Positions 1 through 9,183 of a DNA stretch of 64,000 bases are shown here, piece by piece. A program made the position numbers and the translations under genes. The notes beneath the pieces are model-generated. The model was not told where the DNA came from, made no database searches, and saw nothing but the letters and a program-made list of their open reading frames with translations. Where the stretch lies: positions 44,994 through 108,993 of the forward strand of contig JAZOMG010000038.1 of NCBI GenBank assembly GCA_045653705.1, given 5' to 3'. Each line of letters opens with the position of its first letter. Positions within the stretch are counted from its first letter, which is position 1. Source of the DNA: Eubacteriales bacterium. Its GTDB lineage: Bacteria; Bacillota; Clostridia; Oscillospirales; CAG-272.

Positions 1-524
1 AAGACTATCAGCGTCAGCGGAACACTCATAGTACAGAGGATAACGAAAGCGCAAACTATCTTAATTCCCGCAATAAAGAATTCCTCGGGGCAATGATGAG
101 CGAACTCGGTAACGTCGAAAAGGTCGCTGGTTATCCTCGACATCAGCGTTCCTACCTTGGCGTTGTCATAATACGAAAAGGAAAGCTTTTGAAGATGCCC
201 GAAAAAGTCACGCCGCATATCGGTCTCTATCCTCGTTCCCATAATGTGACCCACAGATGCCATATAGTAATTTGCCACCGTATCGATTATTCGCAAAACA
301 AGATATATAGCCCCCAGCTTGAGTATCAGCGAAACGGTCAGCGACATAGGCGTAGCCGTGGCGCGCCCCGTTATCTCGCGGACTATCAGAGGCAGAACCA
401 ACTCGCACAGCGTAGTAAGCGCGGCGCAAAAGAGGTCAAATATCATTATCCATTTGTATTTTTTATAGTAAGGAAGAAATCTCTTTATCAGCGGAATACT
501 CCCCGTTTTCCGTTCTTTTTTCAC
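1..524 (-). CDS. ABC transporter permease/ATP-binding protein, N-terminal transmembrane part (gene continues beyond window start)
   Basis: Minus-strand frame is open from GTG (522-524, AAGGAG 6 nt upstream) to the window edge. My translation VKKERKTGSIPLIKRFLPYYKKYKWIMIFDLFCAALTT...GTLMSRITSDLFDVTEF looks like a type-1 ABC exporter TMD. It is absent from the ORF track because no stop lies in the window. Confidence 0.7.
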   Translation of the reverse strand, partial: MKKERKTGSIPLIKRFLPYYKKYKWIMIFDLFCAALTTLCELVLPLIVREITGRATATPMSLTVSLILKLGAIYLVLRIIDTVANYYMASVGHIMGTRIETDMRRDFFGHLQKLSFSYYDNAKVGTLMSRITSDLFDVTEFAHHCPEEFFIAGIKIVCAFVILCTMSVPLTLIV

Positions 525-717
525 GTGTTGCTCCTTTTATTTTCTTAATGCCATAATTATAGCACGATTTGAGCATAAAATCAAGATATGATAAAAATAA
601 AAAGGACACATCACCGTGCAAAAACACGTAAATGATGTGTCCAACTTTTTTATTTATTTTGTTTGTAGGGGCGTTCTTCGAACGCCCGCTTGCAGAGCAA
701 TGCGAACCGCGGTAGGA

Positions 718-1233
718 TCATTTTTCAAACATATATCCTATGTTGAGTTCTTTGAGAACGTTCTTGTCGTTTTCAGTGAGCGTATATCCTTTTTGAAATA
801 CAACGATCACATGCGTCAGCTCGTCCCCCTCCTTAATTGACACACCCGTTCCATCGGAGGAGGAGCCAATCGAGGCAACGCTGATCTCCGCATATACCTT
901 CGCCTTTTTACTCTTATACAGAAATCGTGTTACGCCCGTCAGGGTTTTGCCTAATTGCGATCCATTGCGATCTCCCCAATAAAATGTGCACGTTCCCTTA
1001 TAACGACTTAAGCTGATACGGATAATCTTTGCCAGCGGATCTGGTTCTTCCTTTTCCTCTTCTGTTTCCTCTTCTGTCACGGATTCCTGTTTGTCGGCAA
1101 CAGAAGAGGACTCCCTGGGTTGCTCGGATTCTTTCGGCAACAAATCAAATTCATCACAGGAAATGAAAGCTCCCATAACCACACACGTCAAAAGCATAAG
1201 GGAAATAAATCTATAAAATCGACTCATATCCAA
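718..1233 (-). CDS. small secreted/lipoprotein, unknown function
   Basis: 171-aa ORF. N-terminal hydrophobic signal ends in ...GAFISC (lipobox-like), followed by an acidic E-rich linker. No family recognised. Confidence 0.5.
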   Translation of the reverse strand: MDMSRFYRFISLMLLTCVVMGAFISCDEFDLLPKESEQPRESSSVADKQESVTEEETEEEKEEPDPLAKIIRISLSRYKGTCTFYWGDRNGSQLGKTLTGVTRFLYKSKKAKVYAEISVASIGSSSDGTGVSIKEGDELTHVIVVFQKGYTLTENDKNVLKELNIGYMFEK

Positions 1234-1471
1234 CAGTTTCCTTTCTCAAATGATCGGATTACTTATATTATATATTAAAAATGTCTTTCTGTCAATAGAT
1301 ACGGAACAACTTCCAGCGAAATGAAGCTTTTATAAAAAATATTGGACACATCTTCGGAGCAAAAGCCCAAAATGATGTGTCCAACTTTTTATTGTTCAAT
1401 TTTCAGCGATTTGAGTTTTACAAAGCCTCGATGAAGCCCCGCAAGTCTCAAAAAGCCTTACGCCGCAAGGA

Positions 1472-2470
1472 TTATTTGCTTGCTTCTTCGATAGCAACTG
1501 CAACAGCAACAGTCATACCAACCATGGGGTTGTTACCTGCACCGATGAGACCCATCATTTCTACGTGAGCGGGAACAGAGGAAGAGCCTGCGAACTGAGC
1601 GTCGCCGTGCATTCTTCCGAGCGTATCGGTCATACCGTAGGAAGCAGGTCCTGCTGCCATGTTATCGGGGTGAAGCGTACGTCCCGTACCGCCGCCCGAT
1701 GCAACCGAGAAGTACTTAACGCCGTTCTCGTTACACCACTTCTTGTAAGTACCTGCAACGGGGTGCTGGAAGCGTGTGGGGTTGGTGGAGTTACCTGTGA
1801 TAGATACGCCAACGTTCTCAAGTCTCATTATCGCAACGCCCTCGGGAACGCTGTCGGAGCCGTAGCACTTGACCTTTGCTCTGTCACCTGTGGAGTAAGC
1901 GGTCTCGGAGAGAACCTTTACTTCCTCAGTGTAAGGATCGAACTCGGTCTTTACGTAGGTAAATCCGTTTATTCTCGAAATGATCATTGCCGCATCCTTA
2001 CCGAGACCGTTAAGGATAACGCGGAGGGGCTTTACTCTTACCTTGTTTGCGTTAAGTGCTATCTTAATTGCGCCCTCAGCAGCCGCGAAAGACTCGTGAC
2101 CCGCAAGGAAGCAGAAGCACTCTGTTTCCTCGGAAAGGAGCATTGCTCCCAGGTTTCCGTGTCCGAGACCAACCTTACGGTTCTCAGCAACAGAGCCGGG
2201 GATACAGAAAGCCTGAAGTCCGATACCGATAGCGGCAGCGGCGTCAGCAGCCTTGGTGCAGCCCTTCTTTATTGCGATAGCCGCGCCTACGGTGTACGCC
2301 CACTTTGCATTCTCAAATGCGATGGGCTGTGTTTCTTCTACTATCTTATAGGGGTCGATTCCCTTTGCGTCGCATATTTCCTTGCACTCGTCGATAGAGG
2401 AAATTCCATATTCCTTAAGAGCTGCGAGTATCTTCGCCTCGCGTCTTTCATAACCTTCAAAATGTGCCAT
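1472..2470 (-). CDS. GGGtGRT family protein (function unknown)
   Basis: 332 aa carrying the eponymous motif ...SVASGGGTGRTLHPDN.... It sits next to a NifU-like gene, which as I recall is the usual partner of this family. Confidence 0.8.
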   Translation of the reverse strand: MAHFEGYERREAKILAALKEYGISSIDECKEICDAKGIDPYKIVEETQPIAFENAKWAYTVGAAIAIKKGCTKAADAAAAIGIGLQAFCIPGSVAENRKVGLGHGNLGAMLLSEETECFCFLAGHESFAAAEGAIKIALNANKVRVKPLRVILNGLGKDAAMIISRINGFTYVKTEFDPYTEEVKVLSETAYSTGDRAKVKCYGSDSVPEGVAIMRLENVGVSITGNSTNPTRFQHPVAGTYKKWCNENGVKYFSVASGGGTGRTLHPDNMAAGPASYGMTDTLGRMHGDAQFAGSSSVPAHVEMMGLIGAGNNPMVGMTVAVAVAIEEASK

Positions 2471-2490
2471 TATGTATTTTCCTCCTTCAA

Positions 2491-3207
2491 TTACTGCTTA
2501 CGGGGATCGATGTACTTAGCTGCCTCAGCAAATCTGCCGTAGGTTCCCATCGACTTTGCGTATGCTTCGTTGGGCTCCATGCCCTTCTTGATAAAGTCGG
2601 TCATCTTACCAAGAGATACGAACTCGTATCCGATAACCTGATCGTTCTCGTCAAGAGCCATTCTTGTGCAGTAGCCCTCTGTCATTTCGAGGTAACGAAC
2701 GCCCTTAGCCTTTGTACCGTACATAGTACCTACCATGGAGCGCTCGCCCTTACCGAGGTCTTCCATACCTGCTCCGATAACGAGACCGCCCTCGGAGAAA
2801 GCGGACTGGCTTCTACCGTAAACTATCTGAAGGAAAAGCTCTCTCATTGCGGTGTTGATAGCATCGCAAACGAGGTCTGTGTTAAGAGCCTCGAGAAGTG
2901 TTTTGCCGGGAAGTATCTCGGCAGCCATAGCTGCGGAGTGGGTCATACCCGAGCATCCGATGGTCTCAACGAGGGCTTCCTCGATGATACCGTTCTTTAC
3001 GTTCAGCGAAAGCTTACAAGCTCCCTGCTGAGGCGCGCACCAGCCCACACCGTGGGTGTATGCGGAAATGTCTGTGATCTCTTTTGCCTGAACCCACTTG
3101 CCCTCTTCGGGAATGGGGGCGGGACCGTGATCGGGGCCTTTTGCTACGACGCACATCTTTGCAACTTCTGCGCTCATAGCGTACTCGCAAGAAAATTCTT
3201 TGCTCAT
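2491..3207 (-). CDS. NifU/IscU-like N-terminal-domain protein (putative Fe-S scaffold-like)
   Basis: 238 aa with Cys-containing segments GVGWCAPQQGACKL and IGCSGMTHSAAMAAE, typical of IscU/NifU N-domain folds. Lies 20 nt upstream of the GGGtGRT gene on the same strand. Confidence 0.6.
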   Translation of the reverse strand: MSKEFSCEYAMSAEVAKMCVVAKGPDHGPAPIPEEGKWVQAKEITDISAYTHGVGWCAPQQGACKLSLNVKNGIIEEALVETIGCSGMTHSAAMAAEILPGKTLLEALNTDLVCDAINTAMRELFLQIVYGRSQSAFSEGGLVIGAGMEDLGKGERSMVGTMYGTKAKGVRYLEMTEGYCTRMALDENDQVIGYEFVSLGKMTDFIKKGMEPNEAYAKSMGTYGRFAEAAKYIDPRKQ

Positions 3208-3239
3208 TGTTTTTATCTCCTTTTTATTTTTTTACTTTT

Positions 3240-3854
3240 TTATAGAATAGCCTCTATCGCTTCGGCATAAAGCTTACCGATAAATGCTGCTCCGTTCTGA
3301 TTGGGGTGAACACCGTCAGCAGAATAGTAACGGGGCTCGGGCATGGTCTTAAGCGCCTCCTCAAAATGCTCATCGAGAGGTACGAATACGTCTGCGTACT
3401 CTGCCGCAAGCTCTCTGACTATGGGAAGCACAGTCTTAAGATCCTCACGAATAGCGTCCTTATCGTCGCAATCGAGAAGGTAGGGGGTCATTATCATGAT
3501 CTTCGCATTCGTCTTTGCGCGAAGCTCCTTGAGTATGGTGGTATAATTCAGCTTGATCTGCTCGTCGGTAGTAGCGATCCTTTCCTTTCCGTATCTATGC
3601 CAGATATCGTTTATACCTATGAGGATCGAAATAATATCGGGCTGAAGCTCGATAGCGTCCTTATAAAGTCTGTCGAAAAGCTGATCGGTTCTGTTTCCGC
3701 CAATTCCGAGGTTTATAAACTCTATATCCTTTTCGGGATGCGCTTCTCTTATAAGCTCTGCCGCAACCTTTGCGTATCCGTTGCCAAGCTTATGGTAGCT
3801 TCTTCTGTCCCTGCTCGCATCGGTTATGCTATCGCCTTGAAACAATATTCTCAT
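3240..3854 (-). CDS. SGNH/GDSL-family hydrolase
   Basis: Block I motif MRILFQGDSITD, plus later GINDIW and a C-terminal DGVHPN block. The start is moved to the internal ATG at 3852-3854, which overlaps the pduL stop (TAATG). The ORF track extends to 3893. Confidence 0.8.
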   Translation of the reverse strand: MRILFQGDSITDASRDRRSYHKLGNGYAKVAAELIREAHPEKDIEFINLGIGGNRTDQLFDRLYKDAIELQPDIISILIGINDIWHRYGKERIATTDEQIKLNYTTILKELRAKTNAKIMIMTPYLLDCDDKDAIREDLKTVLPIVRELAAEYADVFVPLDEHFEEALKTMPEPRYYSADGVHPNQNGAAFIGKLYAEAIEAIL

Positions 3855-4426
3855 TATTTTACTATCTCCCCGTATACTGTGCCGAATGCGCAAGCCGCAT
3901 TGGATTCATCGGTATCTATATGCATAGCAAGAGCAAAATTCTTATTTACTCTTACGACTACGTCTCCGAATACAAGGCTACGGTCAGTATCGAGCTTAAC
4001 TCCAACTACCTGCTTATCCTCAACTCCAAGCTCTGCCGCATCTTCGGGTGTCATATGTATATGGCGCTTTGCTGCAATTACGCCCTCCTTAAGCTCAACC
4101 GAGCCGCAAGGGCCTTCTATTACGCATCCGGGGCTTCCCGCAATATCACCCGACTCTCTTACGGGCACACCTGCAATTCCTATGGTACGAGCATCTGTCA
4201 GAGAAAGCTCTACCTGATCTGCGGGTCTTGTAGGACCGAGGATACTTGCCTTCAAGCTTCCGCGAGGGCCTATAACGGTTACCTTTTCCTCACACGCAAA
4301 CTGTCCGGGCTGACTGAGATCCTTCTTGTTCGTAAGCTCGTGACCCTTACCGAAAAGTATCTCAACCGATTCTTTCGTAAGATGCACGTGTCTTGCAGAG
4401 GTCTCAACTAAAATCTTGTTTGCCAT
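3854..4426 (-). CDS. pduL: phosphate propanoyltransferase PduL (phosphotransacylase)
   Basis: 190 aa with the duplicated PduL signatures SARHVHL and AKRHIHM and the typical length. Confidence 0.85.
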   Translation of the reverse strand: MANKILVETSARHVHLTKESVEILFGKGHELTNKKDLSQPGQFACEEKVTVIGPRGSLKASILGPTRPADQVELSLTDARTIGIAGVPVRESGDIAGSPGCVIEGPCGSVELKEGVIAAKRHIHMTPEDAAELGVEDKQVVGVKLDTDRSLVFGDVVVRVNKNFALAMHIDTDESNAACAFGTVYGEIVK

Positions 4427-4573
4427 TTTACTACCTCACATCTAATAAGTAATATCTTGTGGGGCACAAATACCCACACTAAGTATTATAACACATTTTT
4501 TTCTCATTGTAAAGATTAAATCTCTACTTTTATGTAAATAATTAAAATAAAATAATGATTTTCGGAGCAAAAA

Positions 4574-5314
4574 ATGGATAAAGGAATGAAAAATTTTTCA
4601 AGCGCCTGCCATAACACGGCAGACAGTGGGGAAAGCGCCTGCGACAAAACCGAAAAAAAGCTTGAGCAGATTGAAAAAAGCGGCGGTGTTCTTGCCGAAA
4701 ACAAGAGAGAAAGCATACACTGTCTTTCCATAATAGGACAGATAGAGGGGCATTATTTTCTTCCCGAGGGGCAAAAGGCTACAAAATACGAGCATATAAT
4801 CCCTCTGCTTGTGTCCATTGAGGAAGACGACAACGTGGACGGAGTTCTGATGATACTGAACACGATGGGGGGAGACGTTGAAGCGGGTCTTGCCATAGCC
4901 GAGATGATAGCCTCGATGACAAAGCCAACCGTCTCCTTAGTTCTCGGGGGCGGTCATTCCATAGGCGTTCCTCTTGCCACCTCGGCTAAACGCTCGTTCA
5001 TAGTTCCCTCGGCAACGATGACCATTCATCCCGTGAGGATAACAGGGCTTGTGGTAGGCGTTCCCCAGACCTTCAGGTATTTCGAGGAAATGCAAAAGCG
5101 CATAGTTGATTTTATCTGCGGTCATTCAAACGCCACGCCCGAAAAAATAAGGGAGCTTATGATGCGTCCCGACGAGCTTGCCACCGACGTAGGCTCTATA
5201 ATCGAGGGAAATCAGGCGGTGGAATACGGAATTATAGACCGCGTAGGCGGACTTTCGGATGCTCTTGAGGAGCTGAGAAAAATGATAAGGGAAAATAAAT
5301 CGTCAGAGAATTAA
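4574..5314 (+). CDS. ClpP-fold serine protease-like protein (TepA-like)
   Basis: SIIGQIEGH...ILNTMGGDVEAGLAIAEMI...LGGGHSIGVPLA matches the ClpP/TepA fold pattern. It has a Cys-containing N-terminal extension of about 50 aa. Confidence 0.65.
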   Translation: MDKGMKNFSSACHNTADSGESACDKTEKKLEQIEKSGGVLAENKRESIHCLSIIGQIEGHYFLPEGQKATKYEHIIPLLVSIEEDDNVDGVLMILNTMGGDVEAGLAIAEMIASMTKPTVSLVLGGGHSIGVPLATSAKRSFIVPSATMTIHPVRITGLVVGVPQTFRYFEEMQKRIVDFICGHSNATPEKIRELMMRPDELATDVGSIIEGNQAVEYGIIDRVGGLSDALEELRKMIRENKSSEN

Positions 5315-5382
5315 GGTAAGCTCATAAAAAGCCCCTTTGTGAAATAAACTATATAAGAAGCCTTTTATGAAAGAGGTATTTT

Positions 5383-5898
5383 ATGTTCAGTTATTTCAGC
5401 CAAGGGGGCAGACACCGCGCAGAGGGTGTTGAGGTACTTCGCTACCGCATTTCTCTCCCCACATTTCCCGAGCAAGCCTGTATATCGAATTTTTACGAGG
5501 ATATTTTCAAGCTTGTATTGGGCTATTGCGAGAACGAACTCAGAGAATATGCCGAGGGGCGGTACGCTCTTTGCGATATGCCCAAGAAAAAATTTAACTA
5601 TCCCCCTGTATTTTATACGTTAGACGGCAAGGTCACCTATGAGGACAGTGAAATTATATTTGTAAAGCTTACGGCGCAGACCAAGCAGAGGGGCTTTTCC
5701 GACCTGTGGCGGACCGTCTACGATGCTCACGCCTGGTCACTGCCCGATGAGCTTTTGCTACCGCCAAAGCAGGCTGCGGCAGGCTTTTTAGAGAAAAAGA
5801 ATATCCCCAAGGCATTAGGCGCCCAAAAGGGATTTTTAGTAGAGAACGGAAAGTATTACGTATGTTATAAGGATAGGACAGAGGAAATAGCGTTGTGA
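5383..5898 (+). CDS. hypothetical protein
   Basis: 171-aa ORF with ordinary composition. A GGGGG/CCCCC hairpin follows it. No family recognised. Confidence 0.4.
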   Translation: MFSYFSQGGRHRAEGVEVLRYRISLPTFPEQACISNFYEDIFKLVLGYCENELREYAEGRYALCDMPKKKFNYPPVFYTLDGKVTYEDSEIIFVKLTAQTKQRGFSDLWRTVYDAHAWSLPDELLLPPKQAAAGFLEKKNIPKALGAQKGFLVENGKYYVCYKDRTEEIAL

Positions 5899-5958
5899 GT
5901 GCGAAATGCGGAATTAGGGATATGCCAGGGAGACACGTGCGCAAATCAACAAACGTCG

Positions 5959-5984
5959 TAGGGCGGGGGCAAACCCCCGCCCTA
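5959..5984. repeat. TAGGGCGGGGG-CAAA-CCCCCGCCCTA perfect hairpin (member of the TAGGGCGG...CCGCCCTA palindrome group)
   Basis: 11-bp perfect stem read directly. The same outer-stem words recur at 47397-47471 and 37594-37652. Confidence 0.6.
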
Positions 5985-6029
5985 TGTTCATAAAATTAAC
6001 GCAAAAGGAGAAACGCCATACATATAAAA

Positions 6030-6070
6030 ATACCGCTTTGACTGTCTTTCGGATAGCAAAGCGGTATTTT
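6030..6070. terminator. bidirectional intrinsic terminator hairpin (ATACCGCTTTG...CAAAGCGGTAT)
   Basis: 11-bp stem flanked by an A-run and a T-run, between convergent genes. A near-identical stem occurs at 41737-41778. Confidence 0.7.
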
Positions 6071-6111
6071 ATATTTTAATGGGATATTTTTCCCCATTTA
6101 ATTGAATCTTC

Positions 6112-6729
6112 TTATTTCTGTTCCTCTTTCCAAAGGCTGTAATAAGCGGCTACGAGGGGAACGATGCTCTTTATCTCTCTGCCCGAGGTATTAACGCACA
6201 GGTGATAGCCTCGCTTGTCTCCCCACGGTATCTCGGAGATAAGTCCGTGATATCTCTTTCTGTCCGCGTCTATCTTCTTTATCTTTCTGATAAGCTCGCG
6301 GTCGGTAAGATGCTCATGCTCACCGCCCTTTTCCTTACATCTAGCGACCTTTGATTGCATATCGGCGTAAACGAATATATTAAAGGTATTGAACTCTCGG
6401 AGAATAACGTCGGCAGCTCTTCCGATTATAACGCAATCACCCTTTTCCGCAAGCTCGCGCATAAGCTTATTCTGGTCGGAAATAAGCTTTGTCTCGTTTG
6501 CCATTAAGGTAGGTGAATAGGAAAAGGTGCGCCCGAAATGAATAGGAAAATTACGGAACATTCCGCCATCCAAGGCATACTCCACGTAATGCTCGTCGAG
6601 CTCGCTCTTTTTGGCTATCTCCGCCACTATCTCCTTGTCGTAATACGCGTATCCAAGCTCGTCTGCCAAGCGCTTACCAAGCTCTCTTCCGCCGCTTCCA
6701 AATTCCCGTCCGATAGTTATAATTCCCAT
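6112..6729 (-). CDS. cytidylate kinase-like family protein (P-loop)
   Basis: MGIITIGREFGSGGRELGKRLADELGYAYYDKEI is the characteristic N-terminus of the cytidylate-kinase-like (AAA_28-type) family. Confidence 0.7.
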   Translation of the reverse strand: MGIITIGREFGSGGRELGKRLADELGYAYYDKEIVAEIAKKSELDEHYVEYALDGGMFRNFPIHFGRTFSYSPTLMANETKLISDQNKLMRELAEKGDCVIIGRAADVILREFNTFNIFVYADMQSKVARCKEKGGEHEHLTDRELIRKIKKIDADRKRYHGLISEIPWGDKRGYHLCVNTSGREIKSIVPLVAAYYSLWKEEQK

Positions 6730-6811
6730 AGCAAATTTCCTTTCGCCGTTTTTTCAATATAATTATAACCTTTTTTAGGGAATTTGTCAAGTATTCGCTT
6801 TCACTTTATTG

Positions 6812-8314
6812 TCAATTGGGCGCACGCCCCGATATCTCGGCAAAGTCTCGAAGACGCTTTGCGTTTTTCTCGGATATATCCTCGGCCCTCATTCTCCACG
6901 ACCAGTTTCCGAAAGCCGCGGCGGGAGTATTCATTCTTCCCTCTTTACCTATTCCGAGATAATCCTGCATAGGGATAACGCAAAGCTCGGACGGGCTCTG
7001 CATTGCAAGGGCGATAAGCTTATCAGCAAGGGCGCTTTTGTCGGTAACGCTGTCGAGTACATATCGGCGCAGCATCGCCTCACCGTTCGCCGACAGACCG
7101 TCAAGCCACTGAACAAGAGTGGGGTTATCGTGAGTTCCCGTATAAGCCACGCTTTTTTCGGGGTAGTTGCAGGGCAGATGATCGGACGAAAAATCCATAT
7201 CCCCGCCGTCAAAGCCAAACTGCAATATTTTCATTCCCGAAAAGCCGCAATGAGACAGAAGCGCCTGAACTCCCTCGGTCATATACCCAAGGTCCTCGGC
7301 TATTATCTCTCCCTGTCCCGAGGTCTTTTTTATCTCCGAAAACAGCTCCTCTCCGAGAGCCCGTCTCCAATATCCGTCGGTGGCGTCAGCCGCCGAGGCG
7401 GGTACGGAATAGTATGCCTCAAAGCCTCGGAAATGGTCTATTCTCACGATATCGTACATAGAAAATGCGTGAGATATCCTTGCTTTCCACCAAGCAAAGC
7501 CATCTTTTTTATGCTCATTCCAATTGTATACGGGATTTCCCCAAAGCTGACCCTTAGGGGAAAAGCCGTCAGGTGGACAGCCCGCCACCGTCAGCGGCGC
7601 GCCGCGACTGTCAAGTTCAAACAGCCGCGGTGACGTCCACACGTCGGCGCTGTCCGCTGAAACGTATATGGGGATGTCTCCCATTATGCTTATTCCTCGG
7701 CTGTTGGCATAGGCTCGGAGCGCTCTCCACTGCTCGAAAAATTTAAACTGCAAGAATCTCCAAAAACCTATTTCAAAGGAAAGCTCCTGTCTTTTTTGCG
7801 CAAGGGCAGACGGCTCTCTTTCTCTCAGCTCGGCGGGAAACTCCCAAAGAGGCGCGCCCCCAAGGCTTTCCTTGATAGCCATAAACAGCGCCATATCCTC
7901 CACCCACAGGCAGTTCTCGGCTAAAAACGCGCCGTAGGCTTCGGTTTTCGGGCGCTCACAAAAGCGCCCATACGCTTTTCGCAGTAAGGGATAACGGCTG
8001 CTGTAAATATATCCGTAATCTATATTTCCCTCTTGAGGGCCGTCCTCAAGGTCACCCCAGTCTAACAATCCCTCTACCACAAGTGCCTGTAAGCTAATAA
8101 AGTATGGGTTTCCCCCAAAGGAGCAGGGGGATTGATAGGGCGAATCCCCGAGACTTGTGGGACATAAGGGCAATATCTGCCATACCCTCTGTCCACCGTC
8201 CGCAAGCATATCAACAAAGCGATATGCCTCATCCGAAAAGCATCCTATACCCTGCGCCGAGGGGAGCGCGCTGATAGGCAGCAGCACCCCCGCCCGTCTT
8301 ACTCTTTCCGTCAT
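6812..8314 (-). CDS. malQ: 4-alpha-glucanotransferase (amylomaltase)
   Basis: 500 aa. GVLLPISALPS..GIG.F...A..FVD.L...GQ..WQILPL and later GH77 blocks (DHFRGF, IAEDLG, YTGTHDN). Confidence 0.9.
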   Translation of the reverse strand: MTERVRRAGVLLPISALPSAQGIGCFSDEAYRFVDMLADGGQRVWQILPLCPTSLGDSPYQSPCSFGGNPYFISLQALVVEGLLDWGDLEDGPQEGNIDYGYIYSSRYPLLRKAYGRFCERPKTEAYGAFLAENCLWVEDMALFMAIKESLGGAPLWEFPAELREREPSALAQKRQELSFEIGFWRFLQFKFFEQWRALRAYANSRGISIMGDIPIYVSADSADVWTSPRLFELDSRGAPLTVAGCPPDGFSPKGQLWGNPVYNWNEHKKDGFAWWKARISHAFSMYDIVRIDHFRGFEAYYSVPASAADATDGYWRRALGEELFSEIKKTSGQGEIIAEDLGYMTEGVQALLSHCGFSGMKILQFGFDGGDMDFSSDHLPCNYPEKSVAYTGTHDNPTLVQWLDGLSANGEAMLRRYVLDSVTDKSALADKLIALAMQSPSELCVIPMQDYLGIGKEGRMNTPAAAFGNWSWRMRAEDISEKNAKRLRDFAEISGRAPN

Positions 8315-9183
8315 AAAACATCCAACTCCAATCCCTCTATATTGACCATTATTCCGTAATGGTCGGAAACCACATCTCCTCGGCTTCCGTCAAGCACTCG
8401 GGAGTAGGTTATTTTTTTCGCCTTTGGGTAAAAGCCCGAAAAGATAAAATCTATCCGTCCGCCACCCTCGGGTGCTTTGCCGTCTCGCCAGCCGTCTATC
8501 TCGCCCGATACGGTGGCTATACCGCCCTGTCTTTCGTCCGCAAGCTTATACAGGTCGTAATATCGGCTTTCGGCTATTCTGTCGTAGCCCTCTCCCCGTA
8601 TCTCGGCGGGATTATTAAAATCTCCCATCAGAAAGAGCCGCTCTTTTCTCGGCAGTCTGCCCTCGAGCCGCTTCCATTGCTCGAAAAAGGGCTCGTCCTC
8701 ATCGTCATAGCGAGAGGTGTGAACGTTGCAAAGATACAATCCGCTTTCCTTTAGCTCCACGTAAAGCGCCATTCTCGTTTTCCAATTCTCATAGCTCTGC
8801 GTTTCGCTGATATAAAATCCGCACGCCTGTCGCATAGGCTCTCGGCAAAGAAAGGCAAGCCCCTCGTCAAAGCGTCCGTAGCCCAGCTTTACGGGAAGCC
8901 AGCAGATATAATAATACACACCCCGTCTTGCCATTTCCCAATAAAGCTCTAAGGCAAAATTATCCTCCTTCAGCGCCTCGGGGCGCACACAGGTAGCCGC
9001 TCTCCGATAAGGGTCTACGTGGTCGGTATCGGCAATCTCGCCATCGGCGCTCTGATTTGCCTCTTGCAGGGCGATAACGTCGGGGCGCTCGTTTTTGAGA
9101 AAATCACAGAGCGCTTCGGTATTTTGCCGCCTATCCTCGCCGTGGAGACTATGGGCATTTAAGCTCAATATTTTTAAATTCAT
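8311..9183 (-). CDS. endonuclease/exonuclease/phosphatase (EEP) family protein, MapP-like (putative maltose-6'-phosphate phosphatase)
   Basis: LKILSLNAHS...RPDVIALQEANQ...SDHYG are EEP-fold motifs. It has 4-nt overlaps with the PTS gene upstream and malQ downstream. The MapP assignment rests on context (Enterococcus malT-mapP precedent). Confidence 0.55.
   Translation of the reverse strand: MNLKILSLNAHSLHGEDRRQNTEALCDFLKNERPDVIALQEANQSADGEIADTDHVDPYRRAATCVRPEALKEDNFALELYWEMARRGVYYYICWLPVKLGYGRFDEGLAFLCREPMRQACGFYISETQSYENWKTRMALYVELKESGLYLCNVHTSRYDDEDEPFFEQWKRLEGRLPRKERLFLMGDFNNPAEIRGEGYDRIAESRYYDLYKLADERQGGIATVSGEIDGWRDGKAPEGGGRIDFIFSGFYPKAKKITYSRVLDGSRGDVVSDHYGIMVNIEGLELDVL

Noticed and set aside
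93-548. A 151-aa plus-strand ORF at the window start.
   Set aside because: The opposite strand encodes a clear ABC-exporter transmembrane domain, open to the window edge, with a good RBS and GTG start. The plus-strand product is arginine- and histidine-rich nonsense.
1565-3270. Long plus-strand ORFs (1565-2542 and 2464-3270) opposite the GGGtGRT and NifU-like genes.
   Set aside because: The minus-strand products carry recognisable family motifs. The plus-strand translations are Cys/Ser/Leu-rich with no motifs or RBS. These are shadow ORFs of GC3-biased genes.
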